DNA of 63,668 nt, counting the filler, from Folioceros fuciformis (lineage: Eukaryota): the NCBI GenBank assembly GCA_049999805.1. It is 4 parts of 2 records of this genome, joined end to end, with 100 filler letters (N's around TTAATTAATTAA, not from the genome) between each part and the next. Parts side by side here need not be neighbours in the genome. Positions count along the whole stretch, not along the records: positions 1 to 16,456 come from JBNGIO010006314.1; positions 16,557 to 34,811 come from JBNGIO010006314.1; 2 more parts are not named here. One strand, 5' to 3'. How positions within the stretch are numbered: the stretch's first letter is position 1; every line of letters starts with the position of its first letter. Shown here one piece after another: positions 11,705 to 26,853 of this stretch. Under the pieces are notes generated by a model that saw only the letters and a program-made list of their open reading frames with translations, had not been told where the DNA came from and made no database searches. Position numbers and translations under genes: made by a program.

Positions 11705-14102
11705 CTACTCCTGCTTTGCGTGGAGCTTGACGGCTTCGATGACTGCGGAGAAGTCTTGGTCCCCGAGACCCCAGGCCTTGGCGAGTTTGTATAGTTCGTT
11801 CACCGAGGCCGCAACCGGCGTGGGCTGGTCCACTTGCTCCGCCATTGCCAAAGCGAGTCGCAAATCCTGTACGTTCGTGGCACCGTTGGTACTCGAATGG
11901 TACGAACACAGCAGTAAGCTGAACCTGGGTTAACATTTGGGACCCAAGTTTTTCACCTTCTGCTGATGCTTCAAGGGGAATGCTGGTGAGTACACGCCCT
12001 TCACCATCGTAGGACCCTTCATGGTCCACATGGGAGCGCTTATGACGCCCTGTGATAGAACCTGTAACACAAATAAGAACGAGACAGGGTCTTTAGAGCC
12101 GCAATAGGGAAGGGGAGGCAGACAGGAAGGCAGGAGGAAGTAAGTGCGAGGTTCACCTCAATGATGGTTTGCTGATCCAGTCCGACTTTGCTCCCCAATA
12201 CCAAGCCTTCAGAGAAAGAGGCCATCATGCTGCCATCAGTCACGAACAGAATTAGACGGAGCTGCTGGACACGTCGTCTTTCTAGACATACTGAAAGGCA
12301 GGTGACGAGGTTGTCGAACCTCCCCATGATCATGTTCACCACAAGCTTCATTGCTGCACCATTTCCGACATCGCCCAGGAAGAACCGGGACTGCACACCA
12401 CACACTGGTCGTGAGCGGATGGGCCTAGTATGGTAAAACGCTATTCCCGCAAGACAGTACTGGTCAACACACCACCTCCACCACTCTAGTTTGCAGTACC
12501 TTGCCCATGACATCTAATATAGGCGCTGCTTGGTCGTACAGTTCCTTGTCCCCTGCCAAGTTGCTTTCAGAGAATCATCCTCGGGCTGGGCCTGCTTCAT
12601 GAGAAGGCTACTTGGGTAGCGATGGTTTTCTTACCAGCTGTCAGAAAGATCAACTTGCCCTCTTCTGCAGGCTTCTTGGAGCCTGAAACTGGAGCCTGAT
12701 GATGAAAAGAAGCATGGTGAAGCCTACTTCTTGAAGAACAGGTCCATGATGGTGGAACTTGACCCACGCTCAGATCTCTTCTTATCTTGATGATGCTGCT
12801 GCGAGTATACAGCTAGGAAACAGAAACAGATCCTCACAAGCAAGAGCTTGTCCATGTACCACAATACCTCGAGGAACAAGGCGCCAGTCGAAGTAACAGC
12901 TTCGTAAATAGCTTTTGATGTTTCTCCATTCACCGTTGAGACGTCAACGTACCTGTCGTGTTATCTCCAAACACACGTGAAACTGGTTAGAGGCTTCCAT
13001 TGCATCCTAGGAGCTTCAAAATCGAAACAATTGTCCCTACAGCATTATCGTCTAATGCATGTGCAGGGAACGAAGGCCGTTTCACTGACCAACAAGTTTT
13101 TAATGCAAGGATGGACTACATAATATTAAGGTCTGGTACCCTTTTCCCTTGCCTAATCCCAAAATGGCTCCATCTGCTCCCGAGGCGACCTCGATCTAAC
13201 ACAAGGTGACACAGCTTAGCGGAGCCACAGGAATACCAATATTAGTCATCACGGAGCTCGCAGCATATGCGATTGGGAATAAGGTAGACTGATACTGAAC
13301 TGCAGCTGCTGGATCTGCCAACATCGCGAACGTGATGTCGCTAGCCGAAGCAGTCTCTGCTGGGGTTTTCCCGTGTCTGCATGATGGCATAACTTGCCCA
13401 GGTTAGGCTCTTCAAAACTGCCTTGATGCATGCACAAGGTAAGTCAGTAACACTCCCGTATAATTGAAAACCCGACATCCTACTTGGCTCCTTCTTTGAC
13501 AAGCTGCTCACACTTGCTGGCAGTCCTGTTCCAAACAGTCACATCGTATCTGCCACGGGTGATCGCAGATTAGATAGTTCGAGCGCACGTAAGGAGATCA
13601 AGTACGCAAGAAGTAGAGGAGATTGCAACATGATAACTTCACCGCCTAAAAGTGAGACACGTACCCTGCTTTCAAGAGATTGCGGACCATGGCAGTGCCC
13701 ATGATACCCAGTCCTAAGAAACCAAGTGTCGGACGACCTCCACCTTCTTCTGTGGTGTAGGCCTCAAACGGTGAGGGACAGCACAAACTCTGATGAGTTC
13801 ACAGTCAACCTGAAAGAAAGACCACGTCGATAGATCACAAACCCTGTGGCACGTTGTTGATTTTCACCTGATGATGATCCGGAGCTTGCTCTGACGGTGA
13901 GAGCCCTTCGTGTAAGAAGGGGCCCTTGCTCCAGACATGCCAGACGAAGGCGAGTGGAAGAGTGGAAGGGCAATCCAATCCTACAAACTCGTCTCCCGAG
14001 GGGAAAGCCTACCACAATGGTCGATCTAGGAGGCAGGAAATCGGACGTGCATACAAGAGGGTGCTGCAAGCGCAGCAATCTGACTCTAGCCAGACCTGTC
14101 AT
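11705..14102 (-). CDS. GLYR2: Glyoxylate/succinic semialdehyde reductase 2, plastid-targeted, multi-exon
   Basis: Transit-peptide-like N-terminus; GFLGLGIMG, VWNRT, FAMLADP, YVDVSTV, FLEAPVSGSKKPAEEG, GNGAAMKLVVNMIMG, AFPLKHQQKDLRLAL. TAG at 11705-11707. Confidence 0.9.
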
Positions 14103-14625
14103 GGCTGCACCCGGTGCTGCTGGAGCAGAGCGGACATGCGGAAGGAAGCCTCACTCATGGGATTTGGCTGTCTTATTAAGTGATTTCCAGGCCAGTTATA
14201 ACGCGGATAAATAACATTAAAAAACAGATAAATATCATTCAAGTGTCTCCGAACTGTACATGCGGACCTACCCGGCTTCTCCGGGAGGCCAAGCTTGAAG
14301 CTTGTCAGGTCATAGGTTAGCAACAGGGTGAGGCCTTCCGCATTGAGACACCGGGTAAAATCAACACGGCTCGAAAGGTTTAGGACAACCCTGATACATA
14401 TGGTACATGATCTGTGAATTTGACCGCTTTCAGACCAGCTTTATCTTGACATACAAGTGGCACATGAGCCAAGTCTAGATTGAATTTCCATCTTGCACCG
14501 TCCATCAGGAAATCGATTCATACATCGCAAGATAAACGACAGCCTCAAGAGTTCTGCGTTTCTCGACTGTCTTGCTGATTTCTAGGATTCCAGGTGAAAT
14601 CCATGTCAGAAAAGATACATACGTT

Positions 14626-16456
<1,831 letters not shown>

Positions 16457-17028
16457 NNNNNNNNNNNNNNNNNNNNNNNNNNNNNNNNNNNNNNNNNNNN
16501 TTAATTAATTAANNNNNNNNNNNNNNNNNNNNNNNNNNNNNNNNNNNNNNNNNNNNGTTAAACACTTCCTAAAGAAATTTTCTCAGGCGTTGACGATTGG
16601 CGGTTGCGCTCATCCGCAGTGCCTGAAGCATTTTGGGGCCAGAGATCTCTGACAGACACAATGCGCAATCGCGTATGGCCGGATGACAATTGCTTGTGTA
16701 CGGCTACGTTTCCAACCGAACGCAACGCCGTTTCATCTCCACTTTCAATAGCGCACCAACTTGTATCTAAAAGCAAAAGCAGTGTCAGTGACTATTTCCC
16801 TCCAGTGAAATTGCCAAGGACACCCCCGTTGCTGAAAGGGGTCCGATGACGAGACAGAGATCCCAGTTTGTCCCGACCTGGAACCCTGCAGCAAATTGCC
16901 AAGGACAACCCACTTACAGTTTCTCTTCGCAGGGGAGAGTTGCGCCAAATATCCGAGGATCTGCCAGCCACCCGTCAAATCTGGGCCTGAACATTTAAAG
17001 GAGGTGTCCAATAATGAAGTTTCATCCC

Positions 17029-18947
<1,919 letters not shown>

Positions 18948-19127
18948 CTATATATATAGAGACCGATTCGATGGCTCGGTCTCTACGTATAAACTGCCTT
19001 TTTCGATAGCTAATGTGATGGATATATGTCCTTATTAAGTATGTTTTTTTATACTATTCTTGAGACCGGCCGCTTGCGATTTCTGGTCAGGTTCCCGATA
19101 ACCAGATTGGGGCCGCGAGGAGAGCCC

Positions 19128-19172
19128 GGGGGCAGGGGCAGGGGCAGGGGCAGAGGCCCGGGGGCGGTAGGG
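19128..19172 (+). promoter_or_regulatory. G-quadruplex-forming (GGGGCA)n tract between the divergent YY1 and PPR loci
   Basis: gggggcaggggcaggggcaggggcag: four G4+ runs with 2-nt loops. Function is unshown. Confidence 0.4.
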
Positions 19173-19451
19173 AGAGTTTCCACGGTCACCTGTGGCGCAT
19201 CTGGGGAGGTGGACGGATTGAAGAAAAAGGCGTCGTATCCACCTGGAACTCGGAATGTTGTTCAAGATTGCAATACTGTAGATAGCAAGATGTTAGTTGA
19301 AACCAAGAATGTTGCGTTTGTTGCCTTAGATCGGACCACGAGACAAGGTGAGGAAGTAAATTTAGGGCCGAATTTCGCTGTGATGGTCCTTGTAGGCGCC
19401 GGCATAGACATTCTCAGGCGTTTGTCTGGCCGATCCATTTGTGTGAGGCAC

Positions 19452-22400
19452 ATGCCCAGGTTGCGTCAAAGGATTCGCTTATTTATGGGTCGTCGTGCCT
19501 CCAAAGTTGAAGCTGGACAGGGACAGGCTTTGGGAGTTCTGCTACAATCCTACCCTTGTGTTTCCTCATCTGTCTCTATTACAATCGTGAAGAGGTGTGC
19601 AGTCAAGAAGGATCTAGTTCTGGGTCGCCTTGGCCACGCTTTTACTGTGAACACGGTACACGAGTCTGATACGTTCCTGTGCAACCACATTCTGCGAATG
19701 TATGCTTCTCATGGAAGGTTGCAAGATGCGATGGATGTGCTGGAAGACCAGATGCTTCCACGTGGTGTGCCATAATTTCTGCGCATGTCAAACATGGACA
19801 AGACAATCAGGCCATACAGCTGTGAGACCGGATGCGCAAAACAAGCGTGAAGCCAGATGGTCACGTATTCGGTGCAGCCCTGCAGGTCTGTGCAATAGGG
19901 TCAGACTTGAAAACTGGGCAGCAGGTGCATGGTGATGTGTTGTTGGCGTGTGGCGGTGAGCCTGATTTGTTCCTTTCTAGTTGCTTGGTGAATATGCGCG
20001 CAAAGTGTGGCAGCTTGCAAGACGCTCAGAGAGTTGTGGACGGGCTTTGAAGAAAAGATTTGGTGACGTGGACTGCTCTAATTGCAGGATATTCCAAGGA
20101 AGGCACTGGCACTGGTCAACAAGCCCTTAGTCTCTACAGTGCTATGCAAGAAGAAGGCTTGGTTGTATCGGATTCTGTGACATTTGTGTGTCTTTGGCAC
20201 GCCTTTGCCTCCGTGAGCTGGTGACCTGGCCAGGTTTGGATATGGGAAAGCGTCACTTCATCTCCAAGTAAGGAAACACGGACAAGAAGCTTATGTGTTT
20301 GTAGCCGTGCTTGCAGTCTGGTGAAAATGTATGTGAAGTACGGCAGCTTGGCAGATGCTCAAAGAGTGTTTGACGGACTTGCCCAGAAGGATGTAGTGGC
20401 ATGGAATGCTATGATAGCAGGCTATTCTCGGCACTGCTTGGGCCACGTAGCCGTACGTCTTTACAGTGCCATGCTAGTAGGAGGCATGTCGGTACCCGAT
20501 TCCGTGACATTTGTGTGTTCTCTTACAGGCATGCGCAAGTGTGGGTAACCTGGCTTTAGAGACAGGGAAACAGCTTCATGAAAAGATCAAGTGAAAGAGT
20601 TCACGAAGCTGATTAGTTGGTCGCCAGCACCGACCATGATAGCGAGAATGGCTTGAGACCAGGTGTGATGTTCCACACCCCTGCCGCAGCCATCTGCTGG
20701 TCGACGTTCGAGGCTAGCAAGGACCTTCTCCAGCACTGGAACGAGAAGCAGGGCCATTAGCGTGCGGCGTCTGGACGGATTACGGGTGTGGGTACCGTGT
20801 TAAACACCGTAGAGGTAGAAGGTGAGACGATTTGGGAGTGGTAGACATCAGGCTCGTGTGGTAGGAGGAGGCCTTCATTCCTGTGGTGATAGGATGGCCT
20901 CATTCTACCGCAGGTATTGTCGCTATGGCTTTATTCTGAGGGGCAAATCTTCGTTGGTAGCACCACAACGATCATTTGTAGAGTTTTAAGAAAAAGTTCC
21001 GACACCCTCCCCTGTGTCCTCTTTGGTACGCCATGTAATGTTCACACCGGAGCACACCATATAGCCTATAGCCAGTGGGATCTCCGGAACCACAAGCAGA
21101 TCCATGCGCGCATGGACAATGGGGGACACCAAGATGATGTATTTGAAGCCAGCACTTTAGTGAACATGTATGCTAAGTGTGTTGAGTTGCAAACCTCTCA
21201 ATCTGTGTTTGATGTACAGGGTCGAAACGATGTGGTCACATGGAATTCCATGATTGCTGGGTATTCCCGTCAGGGTATGGGGCAGAGAGCTCTTAATCCC
21301 TACAGTGCCATGGAAGAAGGAGGCATGGTTTTATCTGATTGCATGACATTTGTGTCCCTCTTGCAGGCCTGTGCAAGTGTAGGCCTTCTCTTCGGCTTTG
21401 GAGAAGGGAAAGCTGCTTCATGCACAAATAAGGGAACAAGATCTCCAAGCTTGATCTGTTTGATGAACCTGTACTCTTAAGTGTGGTAGCTTGGAAGATG
21501 CACAGAGAGTGTTTGACGAAGTCAGCCAGAAAATTTTTTGTGACATGGACTACTCGTATTGGAGGCTATTCCCAGCAGGGCATGGGCCAGAAAGCCCTTC
21601 GTCTCTACAGTGATACTTGCAAGAAGAGGGCTCAACGGAGCCAAATCGTGTGACATTTTTGCATAGCAGTGAAAAGACCAAGGGCTTCATGGCCAATGCT
21701 CTGGTGGGAGTACCTCCCCCATCATTGCATTCCACATCACCGCATCTTTTTGGTTGAAGGCATCGCTGCACCTAATTCAGTGACTTTTGTGTGCCTCCGA
21801 CAGGCATGTGCAAATGTGGCAGCTTTGCATCTGGGAAGACGGTTACATGCACAGATTGAAGGACAAGGGCTCCATTCTGAAGAGATTGTAGCGGGTTGTT
21901 TGATAAACATGTAAGGGAAGTCCGAGAGCGTGGCTGATTCATGCGCAGCAGGTGCTTGATGCTCTGCCTGTAAGAGGCGTGAGTGCACTGATTGCACCCT
22001 ACGCCTGTCAAGGAAAGATTGAAATGGTCTTTGACTTGATTGAAAGATTGAGAGACGTTGGCATACAGCTATTAGGTATTGCATTCCTCAGTGCAGTGAC
22101 AGTGTGCAGTCATGCAGGTGAAGTGAGCAAGTGTAGACCGTACATATTTTGAAGCTATGAACTGGCTGCAATACAACATAACTCCCACAGTGGAGCACTG
22201 CACATGCACGGTGGACCTCCTTGGCCTTGCCGATCGCCTAGACGAGGCACTAGTGGTGACAACGACAATGGCTATGGTGCCCAACTCTGCAGTTTGGCAC
22301 ACCCTCTTGTGTGCTTGTCGAAAGTGGAGCAACGTGGAGGTGGGATGGCAGCCATTCAACCAAGCAGTGGAGGTGTACAAGGAAGATGCTGCAGCTTATG

Positions 22401-22545
22401 TGTCGATATGGATGATACATACCACCGCCCAGACGTGGGAGTAGGCACGTGAGATGCAGATGAGGAGAATACAAATTAAGGCTTGCAAGCAGCCAGGTCA
22501 TACGTGGTGAACAGGCAGGCATACATGGCCTGGTGCACCTCTAGC
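19452..22545 (+). pseudogene. PLS-class PPR (E/E+) organellar RNA-editing-factor pseudogene
   Basis: Repeated LVNMYAKCGSL, DVVAWNAMIAGY and PDSVTFV motifs; E motifs EHCTCTVDLLG and VWHTLLCACRKWSNVE; KQPGHTW. Many stops, frameshifts and insertions. Confidence 0.88.
20650..20907 (+). pseudogene. Inverted copy of the mitoferrin last-exon end plus 3' UTR, inserted in the PPR pseudogene
   Basis: Aligns by eye to the reverse complement of ~46022-46278 (GLRP.VMFHTPAAAICWST.EASKDLLQHWN and downstream UTR). Confidence 0.9.
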
Positions 22546-23202
22546 AAACTTCTGTTCATTTGGAGGAAGCTTCTGGATGTGGACCTTGTCAGAACTCTCA
22601 AAGTTGTCCGAAAGAAGATCAGGCTTGCTAGCTCCAAGCTCCATGTGCAGAGCCCTACGACATGTGCAGACCCCCGGAATTCTCTTGCATCCGGCGTACA
22701 CGCTGCCGCAGATGAAGAGGAGGATCAAGCAGAGATTGAACAAGAAAGCACCGATGATGAAAGTGATCCTCTCCTGGCCCACGACGATCGACACCGACGC
22801 ACAAAATGCGGCAACGAGGCACTGGACAGAAACAAAGCAGAGCGCTGTCCCACTCCACGAAATCATGCTGGGCGGCAACAAAAACGAGATGAGGACAGCG
22901 AAATAAGCAAACGCCATGGCACACCCATTCGCGACGAGGAAGATACAGAAAACCGTCGACTGCGGCAGCAGATTTGCCTGTCCTGGCTTAAACTTGTCAC
23001 ACTCTGTGTCCGTACTGACGCCCCCCGGAGGCTGCAGCACTGCAGCGAATGAACACGCCATGATCAATGCGCACAACGTCAGTAGCTTCTGCACCTGGCC
23101 GTCAAGCTGGCCGTCGGCGAACAACCGAAGCGACCCCGAGCTCGTGTCGTCCCGCCGCGTCGGCATCTCAGAGTGGCCCCGCCACGCCGCTGATTGCTGC
23201 AT
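22498..23202 (-). CDS. Stand-alone PGG-domain membrane protein without ankyrin repeats, copy 1
   Basis: LLTLCALIMACSFAAVLQPPGG followed by three further hydrophobic helices; paralog at 33970. Confidence 0.75.
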   Translation of the reverse strand: MQQSAAWRGHSEMPTRRDDTSSGSLRLFADGQLDGQVQKLLTLCALIMACSFAAVLQPPGGVSTDTECDKFKPGQANLLPQSTVFCIFLVANGCAMAFAYFAVLISFLLPPSMISWSGTALCFVSVQCLVAAFCASVSIVVGQERITFIIGAFLFNLCLILLFICGSVYAGCKRIPGVCTCRRALHMELGASKPDLLSDNFESSDKVHIQKLPPNEQKFARGAPGHVCLPVHHV

Positions 23203-23258
23203 CGAGTAGACCTGCGCTGATGGCTTGCCAATGGCTGAGGGAGGCCTCTTCCAGGCGA

Positions 23259-23408
23259 GATTGTACGCAGGCCGAAGCTCCAGGTACTTGCTCCAATCTT
23301 TGGAGCCGCGCGCTCAATCAAACAGTTGGGGGCAAGATTTGTATGCAGGCGGAAGCTCCAGGTACGTGCTCCAATCTTTGCAGCCGCACGCTCAATCAAT
23401 AGTAGGGA
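23259..23408. repeat. Two-copy 78-bp tandem duplication upstream of PGG copy 1
   Basis: ttgta(c/t)gcagg..gaagctccaggtac..gctccaatcttt recurs at 23261 and 23339. Confidence 0.85.
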
Positions 23409-23579
23409 GCGTCGTCAAATTGGCTCGAGCCGTATCATTCGCGGAAGAAATAACGAAGACCGGACCCGCTGTAGAGGCTGTTTCACAGGCCGAGACGCTA
23501 TTGTACATACAGACTGCTATCGACGGGGAAGAAGGGGTCACGTTAAATAGTCGGAGCCCGTCCGACGGTACCTACTAAG

Positions 23580-23860
23580 CCCTTCCCGCCGACCATATCT
23601 TCGGCGCCAGCTGCCCCTTAAAGGACTTCTCCGGGCCCGTGACCTGGGCCCCACACAATGGGGGCAGCTAAGCTCTCTTACGCGCCAGCTGCAGCTCCCT
23701 CCACGGCCACCGCATCGATCCCAACTACGTAAGCAGCAGCATCACATAAGCTTCCCCAAGGAGCTCTGGGGTAGCCCCATATTGCATTTCATCGACCTGT
23801 CCAACCATCTCTTCAACAGCAGCATCCCGCCGCAAGCAGGCGCCTTCCGAGTCGCACCAT
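23580..23860 (+). pseudogene. Decayed LRR receptor-like ectodomain fragment
   Basis: Frame-shifted pieces KDFSGP, CSSLHGHRIDPNYVSSSI and FPKELWGSPILHFIDLSNHLFNSSIP follow the plant LRR consensus LxxLDLSxNxFxGxIP. Confidence 0.55.
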
Positions 23861-24142
23861 GCTGCTCAACGACGACTCTGATTTGTAGAAACCTATAACG
23901 TCCTCAATCGCGATGAGGATATACTGTCGCCTATAAATAACAAGTCCTCAATCGTGACCACATATAATATACTGCCTGCCTAAAAATAACAAAAACTTAC
24001 AAGTCCTCAATCGCGATCACATACATTGCCGCCTAAAAATAACAAAAACTTATTAGATGTTTAAATAAAAGTATTAAGTACAAACAGGTATGATAACTTT
24101 TGTATGTAGCGGCATGCAAGTTTTGCTTTTTACTTGTCATTT

Positions 24143-24296
24143 ATGTGACTTTGGTATTGACCGGGCGCACTTCCACTTGTTTTAGGCCGGTTGATGTGAC
24201 TTTGGTATTGACTGGGCACACTTCCACTTGTTTTAGGCCGGTTGATGTGACTTTGGTATTGACTGGGCACACTTCCACTTGTTTTAGGCCGGTTGA
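24143..24296. repeat. Three-copy 51-bp tandem repeat; a looser aagtcctcaatcg..gcctaaaaataacaa triplication lies at ~23900-24050
   Basis: atgtgactttggtattga..gggc.cacttccacttgttttaggccggttg at 24143, 24194 and 24245. Confidence 0.9.
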
Positions 24297-24769
24297 CTGA
24301 CGGTCTATCCCATAACCCTTTCTAGAAAATGCAAATATCGACAGGTGATAATTTTCAAGAATAGGGTTAACTAATATGAGGTATAGCTCAAACACGCAAG
24401 ACCTTACANNNNNNNNNNNNNNNNNNNNNNNNNNNNNNNNNNNNNNNNNNNNNNNNNNNNNNNNNNNNNNNNNNNNNNNNNNNNNNNNNNNNNNNNNNNN
24501 NNNNNNNNCCTTACATGGAATCAGATAACACCTGAATTACGTGATACCCGCCATAATACGGAGTTTTGTCATGTATTTGAATGCAAGGACGCCCGCAAAA
24601 TTGATGTTTACAGTCGTACGCAACACTCTTTTAGGCCACATATATGCATCTCTTGACAAAAACGCATGAAAATGCGGATATCTGACACGAATTTTGAGCA
24701 TCAAAATCTTGCGAAGCCCGAAATGGTGGAATCCGCCCATTTGGGTTAGACCTTGTTCTGCCCTCAAAT

Positions 24770-24898
24770 AGTCCTGCATAGACAGATTTAGCCAGTGCAT
24801 CTCTACGGTCGATAGCTTGACAACACAAAAGGCTTTACAAAGGTGAGCATACAGTGAACGAAATTCACCACAGAAACATTTTCTGGACATTAGCTGGA
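24770..24898 (-). pseudogene. Duplicated intron-exon fragment of the myosin VIII pseudogene
   Basis: Near-identical to ~30972-31090 (gtcctgcatagacagatttagccagtgcatctcta... plus intron sequence). Confidence 0.88.
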
Positions 24899-25794
24899 CT
24901 GTGCGCAGTCTTTTGAGGAGAAAGGCAAGGAGACCCCAAAGCAAGGAGTCAGAGCTAGGAAGCGTGCGCCATAGCGGGCAAGGAGGCGTCGGAGCAGCTA
25001 GCTCGTGTTCTGAGGTATGGGTGTGTGCCGCGACACACATGCCTTGAGCAAGTTATGGAGAAAGGAAGCCCGGGGTTCGATGTTTCTCGCCAGGGCCTTA
25101 GTTGTTGCAGGCGTTGCGAACCAGGGAGGCCACTCTATAGGTGTTGTTGCATGTTAGCCTGTTTTCGTTTTGTTTCGTTGGCCATAACGATGAAACTTGT
25201 GAGCAGTTCACAACATACGCCAAATCGTTGACGGATAGGCTAGCCCAAAACTTTTGATAGAAGATTTTGAACAGTCGAGATCGCTTATTTCTTGCAGACG
25301 TGTAGACAATCATACACATGCGTAAACAATCGACCCAACCGTGTTGGCAACACAAGATTGAATCCCTCCTACCTACATCAAAGCTATGATCACATGTAAT
25401 ATAACAGTCGCATAAATGGTTTGTAGGGTTTAGGGTTGCTGGGAGGGAGATATGTCCAAGATTGCACCTCCAACCATTCAGCGAAGGCTATGAAGGACAA
25501 GGCAAATCCAGCTAAGCACTCAGTAAGAGTGAACAACACCACCCACCATCGAGCTGTAGGCTCTTGCAAGTGGAAGCATGCTCACGCAACCAAGTTGGTA
25601 CCTGGTCTTGCCTTGCCTTGCCTTGCCTTGCCTTTCGTGGTTCACCTCCAACACCTCTAAGGATTTGCAATACCCCCTCCTCCTCTGTTACAATAAAAAT
25701 CGACGATAAGCTGCAACCCAACCGATTGCATTAGCTGAAGGTGAGGTTGCGGTAGGAGCAACATAGCCTTGCAGCCCTGCAACCCCGCACACGG

Positions 25795-25945
25795 GAGACT
25801 TTCTCCAGCCATGTAATCCTTCACACGACTCCATTGAATGTATGCGATTTGTACTTGCTTCTGGATTTGCCAATCTAACGTGTCTGTACTGAAATGTCCG
25901 AGTGGTGGGAGTTGAACATTGAGCAGGAACTCCATCGGAATGTAA
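25795..25945 (-). mobile_element. N-terminal fragment of a SWIM zinc-finger/MULE-related protein (AT4G13970-like family)
   Basis: EFLLNVQLPPLGHFSTDTLDW..VQIAYIQWSRVKDYMAGE resembles the family N-terminus as recalled (LPVQNP..EFS..DL.W..ALIP..RV.DF..GE). Confidence 0.55.
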
Positions 25946-26207
25946 GCACGGTGCAAAGCGTACTTGCTTTAGGGTTTAAGAAAAATGTTGTTGAAGCTTA
26001 AACCCGATTTCACGGGTTGAACATGGTTTCATGGCTTAGACTAGGAGGTGGCAAAATTGGGCAATACGAGTATAGGTGATCATGGTATGTGATTTCCTCT
26101 ACAGAGAGATGGGTGAAGAGAGATGCATGGCGAAGGATGGAGACGCCATGCTACGGGGGATTACACATAAGAGAAGCATTTATTGGATCAGAGATTGAGA
26201 CGCCCGC

Positions 26208-26444
26208 GTGAAAAACGTTTCTTCAATCTGACCGAGAGACACCCTTCTTTGCTGCCTCATACGATGCAAGATGCACAGCCGTGAACGGGATGCTCATCAT
26301 CACTGTCGTCCTGTAAGATGCATAGAAAGCCCCAATACCCTCTTGCTTCAACATTTGTCTCACACAATCTACAAGACCCCTGTAAGGACTTTGCTTTAGC
26401 TGCAACCTTTGCTTAACAGCGTCCATGGGCATAAGAGCTGCATC
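26208..26444 (-). pseudogene. Second mitoferrin fragment (middle of the coding exon)
   Basis: Near-identical to ~46620-46855 (PMD.VKQRLQLKQSPYRGLVDCVRQMLKQEGIGAFYASYRTTVMM.IPFTAVH). Confidence 0.92.
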
Positions 26445-26853
26445 TCTAGCCTTGTGTCTCTTTGCGATTAAGAAAATGAACTGCCTCGAAATACTTTCCT
26501 CCCATGAAGAAGGATACTTATTGAGCCTCATCCTCTAATGTCCTTTTCGGCAACGAGGGTTTCACCTTTTCGCCGAGGAAGGTTTTATTCATCCTTACCC
26601 CAACACGTTGTGTGAACTCCACATTTATGACAATTGCTCGCCATAGAATCTATGTATGTTTCAGCTCTCATGGCGAAAATGGCGCTTGCTTGTCTTTATA
26701 TTTGGACAGGTCCTAAAGTTTTCCTATGTGCAGTTGGTTAGACAACTTGTCAATCAAAATTGGCATTCGTATGGAATACTGATACGGTCATGCTGGCTTT
26801 CACACAAAGTTTTGCGCGGCGGTATACGGTCCAAACTTTTGGCCGCAATACAT

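Noticed and set aside
16457-16556. TTAATTAATTAA palindrome within N runs (also ~34856 and ~60602)
   Set aside because: An identical 12-mer centred in three gaps, with stops in all frames: an artificial scaffolding linker. Contiguity across these gaps is unproven.
19026-19451. N-terminal half of the 249-aa ORF (RGRGRG)
   Set aside because: It arises from the GGGGCA tract and probable promoter/UTR; PPR-like sequence starts later.
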